The notes under the pieces were generated by a model that ran no database searches, had not been told where the DNA came from, and was given only the letters and a program-made list of their open reading frames with translations. The position numbers and the translations under genes are program-made. This document shows, one piece after another, positions 1-10,680 of a DNA stretch of 26,789 nucleotides. The first letter of the stretch is position 1, and each line of letters starts with the position of its first letter. The stretch lies in NCBI RefSeq assembly GCF_004010195.1, contig NC_057720.1:15152687-15179475 (forward strand), given 5' to 3'. This DNA comes from Chiloscyllium plagiosum (Eukaryota).

Positions 1-417
1 AAATAAGGACTTGTTGCAATGACTGCCTTTGCTGTGTTGTTGTAAACAATCCTGTTGGGAGGATGTGGGAAGAGACGATAAAATGGGCTGCAATGTGATT
101 TCCTTAATGTTGGCAGCAGATTCTCGGTAACTGTTGGTAATGAAAGGTGGCATGAGATTTATTAAGACTCCTTGTCAAGTAATCAGTTACTGTAATCTAT
201 GATACTCTGTGTATTGTTAACCCAATGTCCCTCTTACCTGGGTTGATTGTAGCTTAACTTGACAGAATTAAAGTTTCCCTTCTAAGATAGTTCTGAAGGT
301 TATTTTGAAAACTCCTCCATTTCAGTAGTCTTGACTGTTAAGCAAAGTAAAATCGCTTCTAGCACCAAATAGTCAGTTTTACTCTGTTCTGTTTTGAGAA
401 AGCGATCTTGGCACATT

Positions 418-640
418 AAAAAAGGACTTCCATGTATAATGTATTTCATAACCTTTTGACATCTGAATGTTTCTAGAATGAATGGAATACCTTTTGAAGT
501 ACACTTGCTATTGTCATGTAGGAAATGTTACAGTGAACAACAAGTTCCTACAAAGAGACATGTGTTAACGACCAGCCCAGTGTCTGGAAGGAATGGGGCC
601 CTGTTTCTTTATTCAGAAGAGAGCCAAAAGAACATTTTAG
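418..640 (-). mobile_element. Decayed Deu-domain SINE (SacSINE1/AmnSINE1-like), 3' part
   Basis: aaaaaggacttccatgtataat...ccttttgaagtacacttgctattgtcatgtaggaaatg...caagttcctacaaagagacatgtgttaacgaccag resembles the reverse complement of the DeuSINE core and L2-like tail. Confidence 0.65.
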
Positions 641-819
641 GAAGTGGGAATATGTTTACATGTGACAATATTTTATCAAACTGATTTATTTTTTGTGACA
701 CATTTATTTTTCTAACTTGTTTCTTTATAACTGGAATCCTAGTGAATAGAGTCCAGTGCACGATAGTTCACCGTGCTATACAACATTGCAATAGGTCACC
801 AAGCTTCATATCATCATTC

Positions 820-1106
820 TTAGATTACTTAGTGTGGAAACAGGCCCTTCAGCCCAACAAGCCCACTCCGGCCTTCCGAAGAGCAACCCACCCAGACCCA
901 TTCCCCTACATTTACCTCTTCACCTAAGACTACGGGCAATTTAACAATTCACCTAACCTGCACATTCCGGAGCACCTGGAGGAAACCTACGCAGTCACAG
1001 GGAGAATGTGCAAACTCCACACAGACAGTTGCCTGAAGCGGGAATTGAACCCAGGTCTCTGGCACTGTGAGGCAGCAGTGCTAACCACTGTGCCACCATG
1101 CCGCCC
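820..1106 (-). mobile_element. HE1-type tRNA-derived shark SINE
   Basis: Reverse strand reads gggcggcatggtggcacagtggttagcactgctgcctcacag (A box), gggttcaattcc (B box) and ends gtttccacactaagtaatctaa. It has internal deletions. Confidence 0.95.
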
Positions 1107-1419
1107 AGGAATGCCTTTTAAAAATAATGCCTTTAAAACTTTGTCCTTCCTCTTTCCAAATTAAAGCAAGTGGAAACCAGCTAAAATGTACACCTGAAAT
1201 AAAACTCAAGTTAGTTGTGATAATCCAAATGAGAGCAATCAAAGTCTCTCTCTAAAATAATCCAAAAGCTTCAAGTTGTCCTTGCTCACTGGGGAAATAT
1301 ATTGGAAATCAAGCCCAATTATTCCGAGAGTGGAAGGCAACAGGAGGTCTTTTTTTTTTACAATGGGCATATAAAATTCTCCAGCTTCCCTGATTTGCAG
1401 ACCCAGGTTGTTAGAAAGC

Positions 1420-1825
1420 GCAGACTTGGTTTCTGTATTTAACAAGATTACTATTTATTTCAAGTAATTACACTCTCTTGCTGCAAGCAAGCAGTTATAA
1501 AGTACTATATAATACTATAAATTAAAACTCTCATCTCATTATAAACTACTTCTTATATGTGTGTGTGTGGGCATGCAAACAGACAGGGAAAAATAAGTTA
1601 TAGACAGGAAAATTGCAAGGCGATTTAGTGGTTCCTATTAACGAATTGCTGAGATGATTCTTTATGTTGGTCAGAATGTTGGTGTTCAGCCCTCTTCAGA
1701 TGTTTCCACTAGTTTGTAATAAACAGAAGATGGCTGGTTCATTTATAAAGGTTCTCTGATTCATCAGTTAAAGGTTACAGCTTACAACAACTACTGAAGG
1801 AAAGATTAACTAGTTATTTTCAGGT
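1420..1825. repeat. Unclassified interspersed repeat, copy 1 (may extend ~1150-2385)
   Basis: 1734-1821 ctggttc...tctctgattcatcagttaaaggttacagcttacaacaactactgaaggaaagattaactag aligns with 4249-4330. Confidence 0.5.
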
Positions 1826-2083
1826 TTAAAGAAGTTTTTAACTGCAGAGAACAGGTTTGATTTCTGTACCGGCAAGATCAAAAGACTCCTCTCTATCTTG
1901 TTCACATCCCTAAGCTGTTTGGTTCTCAGGTAACTAATCATATGGTTGTTGGTAAGCAGAAGGCTTCTGTCATCAATAACTGGTCACTAGTCCATAGACC
2001 AATTGACTTCCTTTTGCCATCTGGTTGTATCTGTACAAAAGTCCTTGGGTCTAATTTGTTTACAACAACTTCCTGATATGGTG

Positions 2084-2210
2084 AAATGTCACCAAAACTG
2101 GAATATTTAACTCTGCTTTCTCTCTGCAGATACTGCCAGACCCGTTGAATTTTGCCAGCAATTTGGTTTTTTTTCCTCTCCGATCTGTAACATCTACAGT
2201 TCTTTTATTT
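2084..2210 (+). mobile_element. Old Penelope-like terminal (pLTR) remnant
   Basis: ttaactctgctttctctctgcagatactgccagacccgttgaattttgccagcaattt matches 8998-9062 and is related to the young palindrome arms. Confidence 0.65.
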
Positions 2211-2551
2211 ATTGTTTCACTTCAATTCCAGCTTTTCAAACAGCTGTTTATACAATCCTTACCATAAGTATCAGGTTATTTGCTCTTCAAAAATGCAGCA
2301 ATCTCTTAAAATGTTAGTTTTAAAAACAATTCTTTCTCACTTCAGTCCACAACTTTTAAAAAGAACATAAAAATCTAATGACAGTCTCTGCAAAGTAGGC
2401 CTTAAATATAAAAAAGCAACAGATGTGTTCATATTTTGGATGTCAAAAGAAGGATAATAACAGAATTGTTTGCATCAGTTTTGCACAAATTTCAATTTTT
2501 GCTTTGTTATTCATGTACTAGGTGGGAGAAGGTGGAGTCTGTCTGTCTTTT

Positions 2552-2730
2552 AGGAGACAGTGAGGTCTGCAGATGCTGGAGGTCAGAGTTGAGTGTTGCT
2601 GGAAAGGCACAGCAGGTCAGGCAGCATCCGAGGAGCAGGAAAATTGACGTTCCAGGCAGAAACGTCAATTTTCCTGCTCCGCGGATGCTGTCCGACTTGC
2701 TGTGCTTTTCCAGCAGCACACTCTCAACTC
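2552..2730 (-). mobile_element. Short palindromic Penelope-terminus element with 10-bp TSD
   Basis: Inverted arms gtgttgctggaaaggcacagcaggtcaggcagcatccgaggagcaggaaaattgacgtt and aacgtcaattttcctgctccgcggatgctg...cttttccagcagcac. tctgtctttt flanks both sides (2542-2551, 2731-2740). Confidence 0.85.
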
Positions 2731-2785
2731 TCTGTCTTTTGCCAACTTCCCCCTCTCTACCTTTTTTTCATTTGTACTAATAAAT

Positions 2786-3084
2786 GGGCGGCACAGTGGT
2801 TAGCACTGCTGCCTCACAGCACCAGAGACCCGGGTTCAATTCCCACCTCAGGCGACTGACTGTGTGGAGCTTGCACATTCTCCCCTTGTCTGCGTGGGTT
2901 TCCTCCGGGTGCTCCGGTTTCCTCCCACAGTCCCAAAATGTGCAGGTTAGGTGGATTGGCCATGCTAAATTGCCTGTGAATGCAGGGGAATGGGTATGGG
3001 TGGGTTACGCTTCGGCGGGTCGGTGTGGACTTGTTGGGCCGAAGGGGCTGTTTCCACACTGTAAGTAATCTAATCTAATCTAAT
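2786..3084 (+). mobile_element. HE1-type SINE, young, (AATCT)n tail
   Basis: gggcggcacagtggttagcactgctgcctcacagc, B box gggttcaattcc, CR1-like 3' end gggccgaaggggctgtttccacactgtaag followed by taatc repeats. Confidence 0.97.
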
Positions 3085-3085
3085 T

Positions 3086-3335
3086 AGGATAGTCATTGTG
3101 TGGAACTTGTGTACGGCATGAATGTTACTTGCCATTTATCAGCCCAAGCCTCAATGCTGTCTGGGTCTTGATGGCACAGGCACAGACTGCTTTAGTATCG
3201 GAGGAACGGTATGAAATCCTGTGATCATCAGCAATACGTCTACTTTTGGAGGGATGTTCACTGTGGGTTGGGCCGAGGACGGTATCTTCAGGAACTCCTG
3301 CAGTAATATTATGGCACGAAGATGATTGACTTTCT
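3086..3335 (-). mobile_element. Old LINE (CR1/L2 group) RT fragment
   Basis: Minus strand gives TAGVPEDTVLGPT (GVPQGSVLGP motif) and a remnant ADD motif (ttgctgatga). Confidence 0.75.
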
Positions 3336-3495
3336 GACGCTGATATTTGTGGGGGGAGGACGCTGCCACCATTCCTCTTTCAGGGCCTGTTTAGTGAGCC
3401 TTAAAAAGAATAGGCTTTTGTTTCAACAAATGCAAGTTTACTGCATGAGGACAAGCCGGTACAAGTTATATTACCTAAGTAGACATTGTTATTAA

Positions 3496-3817
3496 GATGG
3501 CACGGTGGCTCAGCAGTTAGCACTGCTGCCTCACAGCGCCAGGGACCTGGGTTCGATTCCAGCCTTGGGAGAATGTGCAAGATCTGCACAGATGTTCTCA
3601 GTGTCTGCATGGGTTCCCTCTGGGTGCTCCAGTTCTGCCTACAATGCAAAGATATACAGGTAAGATGAATTGGCCATGGTAAATTATCCATAGTGTTTAG
3701 GTATGTGTAGGTTAGGTCCATTAGTCTGGGGTAAATGTAGAGTAGGGAATGGGTCTGGGTGGATTACTCTCTGGAGGGTCGATGTGGACCTATTTCCACA
3801 CTGTAGGGATTCTATGA
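3496..3817 (+). mobile_element. HE1-type SINE, TTCTATGA-tail type
   Basis: tggcacggtggctcagcagttagcactgctgcctcacagcgccagggacctgggttcgattcc ... tttccacactgtagggattctatga. Confidence 0.93.
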
Positions 3818-3949
3818 AGGCTACTCGTGCTTCATTGGGATGGTATGCTGGAAATTGAGCCCTGCAATCCCACAAAAGCTCAAGATTTCCTCGAAGAAGG
3901 CAAGACTCCCTAATTTACCTGTCATTTAGATTCAGATTACTAGAAAGCA

Positions 3950-4335
3950 GGAAATAGTTTCTGTAGCTATTGAATCGCTGTTTCATTATATATGAATATT
4001 CGTTTACCTGTGGTTAGGATCCATGTACTGTTGACTTTTAACTTCTACTGGTTAAAACTGCAACTCCTATATAAAATCTTTCCCTACACACATGAGGTCA
4101 GGCACAAAAGACCAATTGGTGTTATGGGTGGAGGCAAACATTGGGAAGGCAGTGCTGTTTGCTGAGATGGTCCTTATGCTTTGTCAGGGCTTCCTGTTTG
4201 TCAGTCTTTCTGTTCTCCAGGTGCTTCCTCTTGTCGGGTTCAGAGTAACTGGTTCACAACTTTAGTCTCTGACTTATCAGTTAAAAGCAACAGCTTACAG
4301 TAACTGGTGAGGGAAAATAAATAGCCTTTCTTCAT
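3950..4335. repeat. Unclassified interspersed repeat, copy 2
   Basis: 4249-4330 ctggttc...tctctgacttatcagttaaaagcaacagcttacagtaactggtgagggaaaataaatag is similar to 1734-1821, in the same orientation. Confidence 0.5.
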
Positions 4336-4604
4336 GCTTGAATGATCTTTATTGCAGAGAAAAAGACACCACCATCCATTCAGTGGCCCAAAAACTTCTA
4401 GCAATATCATTCACACCCACAAGCTGTCCAGCTCCCTGTGAGCCAGTCACATAGTTGTTAGCAGCCTCTGCCATCAACAATTGGTTATCTCTGCACAGAC
4501 TAATGAGTGACTTGTAGCCAACTGAATCATATTTTGTACACCCCGTGGGTGCCAGTTTGTCTGGAAGCAAATGGTCTTGGTGGGTGAATAAGTTTTTTTA
4601 ATGG

Positions 4605-4960
4605 CAATGTTGTCCATACTTCACCATTTTGCTGATGATATAGGGTAGACTAGGGCAGTAATTGTCTTTCTGATTAAATCTTGGGCTGTTTGGCACATTG
4701 TGTGGTAGATGCTCATGTTGTAGCTGGACTGGAACAGCTTAGCCCATTTCTTTTGTAATCTTTGCTATATCCAGCGTTTTCAAATTTTCATGCAGAACAT
4801 ATTGGATTGGATGAAGGCTGGTTTCTCTGATACTGGGGAGTTGAGGGGAGACTGAGATCAATCATTGATTCAGTATATACTTCCATCAAATGCTTCAACC
4901 CTGACTTTTGCACTAATGCTGGGTGCTATCATTTTGCAGATGGCAATGTTCATGGAACAT
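4605..4960 (-). mobile_element. Old LINE (CR1/L2 group) fragment upstream of the RT core
   Basis: tttgctgatgatatagggtagactagggcagtaatt is a decayed reverse NYRPISLLSIISK. tgttgtagctggactggaacagctt is reverse KLFQSSYN. Confidence 0.7.
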
Positions 4961-5183
4961 GTCCCAAATCACTTCGGATATATTCTAAAGTTATGTACAA
5001 TCAGTGCAAGAAATCTGAAACTAACATGGAAAATATACAAGTTAACAGTAAAATGTCAAGCTCAAAATATCCTAAAACATTGCTAATTCATTTCTGGAAC
5101 ACCCTTGTTCTGGCTGATTAGTGTGCAGAAAATAACTTCAGATGGGTCAGTTTTAATTTCAGGTTTTGGAGCTTGACCAGGAA

Positions 5184-5291
5184 GGCTGTTATGGTGCAGT
5201 GGTAGTGCTCTGACTCTGGGCCAGAAGGCTCCGGTTCAAATCCCACTTACTGAAAGATGTTATGACACATCTCTGGAGTTGATTCAAAAAT
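5184..5291 (+). mobile_element. Short (~110 bp) tRNA-derived SINE, copy 1
   Basis: A box tggtgcagtgg and B box ggttcaaatcc. It shares the 3' gttgatt motif with copy 2. Confidence 0.8.
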
Positions 5292-5326
5292 GTTTTTTTT
5301 TAAATGGAAGGGAACTTGAGCAGTAG

Positions 5327-5440
5327 TGTTGCCATGGTGCAGTGGTCATGTCCTTGCCTCTGATCAGGAGGTCAGAGTTCAAGTCCCATCTGCTGCAGAA
5401 ATATGCAATCACCTCCAAGCAGGTTGATTTGCAGGTAATA
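5327..5440 (+). mobile_element. Short tRNA-derived SINE, copy 2, with 16-bp flanking direct repeat
   Basis: A box tggtgcagtgg and B box agttcaagtcc. Flanked by ggaacttgagcagtag (5311-5326) and ggagcttgagcagtag (5441-5456). Confidence 0.82.
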
Positions 5441-5629
5441 GGAGCTTGAGCAGTAGCTGATGTCAGCCTTGGTGCTTTGTGGAGAGCAAGCTTTTGAAGT
5501 AAACACCTACTAAGGCTGTGCCTGCACAGAGGGAATGGATGATTGCCAGGCAGTGAATGGAGACCAGACACTCTGTGCAGGAGCACCCTATGTGGATACC
5601 CTTTGGTATTCAACACTAAATGCTGAGGG

Positions 5630-6370
5630 TGAGGCTTATTAATAACATTAAAGTCTATGAAATAAAATGAATGGATGTGTTGTTGGTTAAGTGATGAGAA
5701 ATAGGTAGTGATAAACAGTTGTTTTCACAGGATATGTACTACAGCTGTTGCTTTTCTAAATGTATATTAATGAGGAAGAGTTGGACGTGCAGGGCACTAT
5801 TTTAAAATTTGAGGATGAAAATAATGAAGTATTGTGGGCTTTCTGGAAAATAGTCATAAATGACAAAATGGCATTGACAAATGAAATGGCTGGATGTGTA
5901 GCAGGCAAAATATAATGCAGAGAAATGTGAAGTGATATATTGTGGTAAGAAGAATGGGGAGAGAACATAAAAGCTAGAATTCTGAAGGAAGTGCAGGAGC
6001 AGAAAAATGTTAGAGTAAATGTGCACAAATCACTGAGAGTGGCAGGATGGATTTGAAAAGTGTTTGGTAAGGCATGCTGGATCCTGGGCTCTGCCTTGAT
6101 TTATAAATAATATGCAATCCCAGATGTTATAATGAACATTTTTATAAAGCGCTTTTTCCCCCTCAATTCTGCGCACTGTATTTTAGGGAAGGATGTGAAG
6201 GCATTCGAGGTGAGAATTGGCTCTAGGAATGAGGAGCCTCGGTTATCTTGATAAGTGGAGAAGTTGTAACACTGAGGAAGAAAGAAGAGATTTTCTAGAG
6301 GTTTCTGACAACAATTCTGGAAGACCCTGTTACCATTCCTGGAAGGGTCGTGTTCCAAAGTGATTTGCTG
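5630..6370 (+). mobile_element. Old CR1 LINE RT/post-RT fragment
   Basis: Decayed YIN..KFEDE (YINDL..KFADD). aatgcagagaaatgtgaagtgata is NAEKCEVI. gtgcacaaatcactgagagtggcagg is VHKSLRVA. Confidence 0.8.
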
Positions 6371-6389
6371 AGCGTTATGAAGCATCTGC

Positions 6390-7130
6390 TCAAATGTGTT
6401 TTATCAGTGCTCATCCACTGATTTTCCCCTTAGTTTATTTTTCCGGCCCATTTTAGACAACTTTCTTCATACCTCCTGTAATTGCTCTTATTTAAATTTG
6501 AGGATATTGGGTTCGAACTTCAGATGCTTTCTTTCAAATGAAATTCAAAATTCTGCAATGTTGTGGTCACTTCTCATGACCTTTAACTCTGAGATCTCCT
6601 TTTAATCTTACCTCATTTTACAATAGGTCTAAGATACTTGTTCCTGTGGAAATTCTGCTTTAAGAAACCAACCTTGATGAATTCTACATAAACACAAATA
6701 CCATGTTTCTCTGCTCATCTGTTTTTTCTGGTCAGTATGTTGATTAAAATCACCCATGATAATTGTTCATGTCTTGCACGCATCCACTACTTTCTGATTT
6801 AGAGATGAGAAAACTCTTTAAGGGTTTACAGACATTCCCAGCAAAAACGTCTTTCCCTGCTATTCCTTATTTCCACAAAACCGATTCCAGATCTCAAACT
6901 ATTGTATCTATATTGCAATTCGCCACCATACTGACGACCATATTAGCAAGACCACCCCACCTCCTTTTTTCCAAATTTTTTTTTTGCCTGAGTATTGAGT
7001 TCCCAGTCTTGGTCACCTTGCAACCACTTCTCTGTAATATCTGTCAAGTCAGATTAATTTCTTTGGCATCATCTCAGATATCTTGTTACAAATGCTGTGT
7101 ATTTATATAAAATGCCTTCAACTCTGACTT
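6390..7130 (-). mobile_element. Old CR1 LINE, AP-endonuclease domain fragment
   Basis: Minus strand gives, in order, LKAFYINTHSICNK (7080-7122), DITEKWLQGDQDWE (7000-7045), IIMGDFN (6743-6763) and SDHN (6560-6571). These are the canonical APE motifs. Confidence 0.85.
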
Positions 7131-7689
7131 TTTACAACTATTATTTACTCTAGTTCTAATTTTTACTGCACTGTTCTGCACATATTTTCTACCTTTCCTG
7201 TCACAAGTTGATTATTATTCACTTCTTTGCTACACTGTACCTCTGTCTCTTGTTTAACTCCTGTCTTATGCATTCTTCAAAGAGAAAAATACAAGATGTG
7301 TCTGCTGTTTGGGATATAATTCACAGGGGATGGCATGCTGTTGAGCAGGGGTTCATTAATCCCTCATTATCTTTTGTAGTCACCAGTTCATGAGGCTGTG
7401 ATTTACCTCTTTTTCCCTTTTTAAAGGATTGTAGTTTGAAGTTCCCTTTGCGTTTTCAGGTATGACATTCCATAGGTTAGTGTCTCTGCACAGTCATATA
7501 AGTTATAGCCAAAAATGGCTGTAGCACCCATCTTTCTACACTTTCAATCTCTCCCAAGAATCTTAACCATTTAATTTATGTTATTGACTAAATGTACACT
7601 TTTTTTTATATTCGTCTGCCTTTAACATTGCCTGCTTCTATTTATCCCATTCTTCTAAACGGTTTCTATTCTCTTGCATTCTTCCTCAG

Positions 7690-7815
7690 TTCCTTCCAAA
7701 AGCTATCCCCCTTCATAAATCCTTTTTGACTATCTCGCTGGCTAATTGAGCTTTTGCAGTTTACCCACCATCAAGGTAAGGTTAATTGGCTACAGATTCC
7801 TGGTTTATTGACTGG
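7690..7815 (-). mobile_element. Very old CR1 RT N-terminal remnant
   Basis: cagtttacccaccatcaaggtaaggttaattggctacagattcctggttt resembles reverse KPGNYRPVSLTSVVGKL. Confidence 0.5.
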
Positions 7816-7849
7816 ATTCCTGGATTCTATGGTCAAGATACTTCATTAT

Positions 7850-8117
7850 AGTACTGAGGAATTGTTCTTTTAGATGAGATTTTGATCCAAGAGTCCGTCT
7901 GCTGATTCAGTTGGACATAAAAGATCACATACCAAAACTTATCCTTCAAGCAGCATCTCATAAAGAGTTAAATGTACTTGATTTCAGGTGTATCATTTCT
8001 GTGCTTAAATTGGAGACTGCATGTGGGTTACATGGGATAATCAGCATAACGTGAAGCATTTTGCAATGTCATGGGGATGTCAGAGACACTATATAAATGA
8101 ACTGCCTAATGTTCTTT
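7850..8117 (+). mobile_element. Deu-domain SINE (SacSINE1/AmnSINE1-like)
   Basis: ccgtctgctgattcagttggacataaaagatc (Deu core), ctgtgcttaaattgg, and the L2-like end gacactatataaatg. Confidence 0.72.
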
Positions 8118-8210
8118 GAAAATTATTTAAAAACTTGCCTTGTGTTCAAATCCAATTAAACCATGGCCACCATTTGCCACATATTTCCTTGTTATCCTTC
8201 GGCTATCCAG

Positions 8211-8339
8211 GACCAGTTCTCATTATGCATCCTTCGTTGTGTATCAATGATAATTAATTGGATTCTTGAAAACCACAAAATGTACGATATGACCAAGAGC
8301 CTGAGGCAAGTTGATTCTATCTGTCAATTAGATGGAAAG
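8211..8339 (+). other. Candidate orphan cassette exon (129 nt, unverified)
   Basis: Pyrimidine-rich acceptor ...ggctatccag| and consensus donor AAG|GTGAGT, open in phase 0. The peptide is not recognised. Confidence 0.2.
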
Positions 8340-8898
8340 GTGAGTTCCTGAACAGCACCTGTATTATTTATGGAAATCCATCTCAAGTGGCTTTTCTAAT
8401 GCTATCTGCCTGAGGTAACCTTCTGGCTTTTTTGACTGCATGGGTTTGGCATGGAATGATGACTGAAATTCTATCCAAAGCACACTGTATTTTAGCTTTT
8501 TCAAATAGTAATATCTATTTAGAATCCTTTGAATTACAGGAATGTGTGTGTGGAAGTGAGGGAGGCGTCTGGAATCCAGAAGGAAGCAATGAAGGGGCTT
8601 TGCCGATAGGTTTGATGTTCTTGTCACTGGTGTGGGCAGGAGTTGAAGGAAGGATGAGCAGACTCATCACTGCATTAGTGCAGGAGATTTAAAAAGATGG
8701 AGGTAGGGGCAGCATAGCTAGAAGAACGAATATTATTCTCTGAAGCCAAGAGCATGGACCTCAAAGTCCAGTGTTGCCTGTGTCCTATCAGCTTTAACGA
8801 TATCTAGGCTGGAGAGGGAGGATTCAATTTGTAGTATTTCACATGGGCACCACGGATACAGGTAGGACTAAAGAAGATGCTGGGCAGAGTAGATAGGC

Positions 8899-9062
8899 CG
8901 ATAACCTCTCATGTACTCCTATCCCCACCCCTCTCTTGAGAATATCTTGCAACTTTTTCCCAGCTACAGCCCATTCTGAAGAAGGGTCACTGGACCCAAC
9001 TCTTTCTCTCCACAGATGCTGCCAGGTCTGTTGAGTTTCTCCAGCAATTTCTGTTTTTGTTC
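8899..9062 (+). mobile_element. Penelope-like terminal remnant with broken hammerhead motif
   Basis: ctgaagaagggtcactggaccc followed by aactctttctctccacagatgctgccaggtctgttgagtttctccagcaatttctgttttt. Possible TSD tagataggc (8890-8898) / taaataggc (9063-9071). Confidence 0.75.
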
Positions 9063-9445
9063 TAAATAGGCTGGGGTCCTTTTCCTTTAAAGCAGAAAAG
9101 GCTGGGGGAGGGGTGGGTGATCTGAGTGTACAAAGTTATGAGGGGTGTAGATAGTGAAGAAACCATTTCCCTCAATAACCAAGGGGCACAATTTTAGGCT
9201 AATCAACAGGGGATTTGGGAGGGATTTCAGGAAAAGCTTATTTTTAGATTCTGAGAGTGGCAGGACACCAGAATTCCCTGCGTCAAAGGGTGGTAAAGGC
9301 AGGAGCTATCAAGATATTTAACAACTGTTTAGATGAGCAAACAAGGCTGAGCCAAGAGCTGGAAAATAGGATTAAAATAGATGCTTGATGACTGGTGTGG
9401 ACTGGATGGGCTGAATAACCCTGTGCTGTAAAAGCTCTGTGTATG
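9063..9445 (+). mobile_element. CR1 LINE 3' end
   Basis: gtgtacaaagttatgaggggtgtagatagtg (VYKVMRGVD), accaaggggcacaattttagg (TRGH-like) and 3' UTR gatgggctgaataaccctgtgctgtaa. Confidence 0.8.
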
Positions 9446-9789
9446 CTGGGAGAGTATGAATAATGAGTTAAATAAAAAGGCAGAGCCACAAAGGTGGTAA
9501 TTCCTGGATAACCATCTGCTGCAATCACATTGGTCTGTGATAAATAAGATCGGGATTTGAATGTGTGGCTGAAAGACTATATGGTTTTGACATGTGGGAG
9601 ACTGGAACTTGTACCTAAAGAACCGTCTTCACCCGAATCATTCTGCGACCTCTGTCCTGGCAAATTATTTAACTACGGCTGTAGGGAGGCTTTAAAATTA
9701 AATGGTGCGGGAGGATCGCATGAGGAAAGATTGGTGATGTTAATGAGTCCAGACTTTGTTTCTATACTGTCTGCCTTCTTTTAAAAAGT

Positions 9790-10165
9790 CATGGATCTTC
9801 AATTATCCTTTCCAACTTGTAATATTTGTGTACATAATGCCCAATGTTCTCTACTCCTAAACTTGCTTTTAAAATTATATGGTTTAGTTTGTATTGTTTC
9901 TAATCCATACATCTTCCCAAATGCCTGATTTCACATTTGCCTGCACTAAATTACATTGGTCATGTGCATGCACATTCTTCCTGTTACTGTGCACCTCACC
10001 GTTTGCTATGTTTCCAAGGTTCATGATGTCTGCACTGAAATTGCACCCTGGCTGTTGGTATATATCGAAAATCCTATTGACCCTGGGGATGCCATTGTAG
10101 ACTTGGCTTCAGTCTGAAAAACAACCATCCCATCAGCACTCTGCTATCTGCTGCTTGGCAACCCC
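9790..10165 (-). mobile_element. Old CR1 RT fragment
   Basis: tattgacccctggggatgcca is reverse GIPRG (GVPQGS motif). ttcatgatgtctgca is reverse ADIM (ADDT motif). tctgaaaaacaacc is reverse GCFSD. Confidence 0.7.
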
Positions 10166-10409
10166 TGGGGAAAGTGCTTCTACTGAAATATTGTGAATAG
10201 AGTAGCATTGAGCTCTTCATTTTTTTAAAATTTGCAGTTAGTTTTTTATGTAATCGGAGATTTTTCATTATATAACTCTTCATTGCACTTCTCCGTTGAC
10301 CCAAAGTTAAAAAGAATTCATTTTGAATTTCAGTCAAGACTAACCTGTGTACAAATATTCACTCCGTTCACACATAGGAAAGTCCAATACAGAGGAACAA
10401 GATTCAAAG

Positions 10410-10680
10410 CATTGTGTTTTTTTGTGTGTGGGTCTTAGCTGAGGAACGTATGTTAACCGTGACAGTGGGATAATTCCTTTTGCTAACTCAGTTGTGTAAT
10501 GTGACCTCACATGCACCTGGACAGGCAGCTGGGAGCCTCTCGCTTTCTCCTGTATTCATGTTCAGGTATCTTATGAAGCCCATGGGAGAAAAGGTCCCAA
10601 AGTCTTTGTAACGTCTTTGGAGAGCCTGTAGGGTGGGGCTTTGAACTCTCATTCTATAACAGTCCATTGTACATGACCCA
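10410..10680 (-). mobile_element. Highly decayed DeuSINE-like remnant
   Basis: cacctggacaggcagctgggagcctc resembles the reverse Deu core, and gtggggctttgaactc a reverse B box. Confidence 0.4.

Noticed and set aside
1110..1138. Tandem aatgcctttaaaa duplication beside an HE1 SINE
   Set aside because: Both copies are on one side of the SINE, so this is not a TSD. It is likely simple slippage.
2585..2730. miRNA precursor or terminator hairpin
   Set aside because: The hairpin is explained by the multicopy inverted PLE termini, and the sequence alone gives no expression evidence.
2786..2850. tRNA genes at SINE heads (also 3496, 5184, 5327)
   Set aside because: A and B boxes are present, but the sequence continues into SINE bodies and I see no complete cloverleaf.
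2436..3068. Overlapping ORFs such as MLLERHSRSGSIRGAGK and MGGTVVSTAASQ (also 13718, 16496, 19399-19697)
   Set aside because: These are chance translations of the palindromic repeats and HE1 SINEs, and they recur wherever the repeat does.
5168..5456. CRISPR-like repeat-spacer array
   Set aside because: The context is eukaryotic, the spacers are homologous SINEs over 100 bp, the repeats are only 13-16 bp and there are no cas genes.
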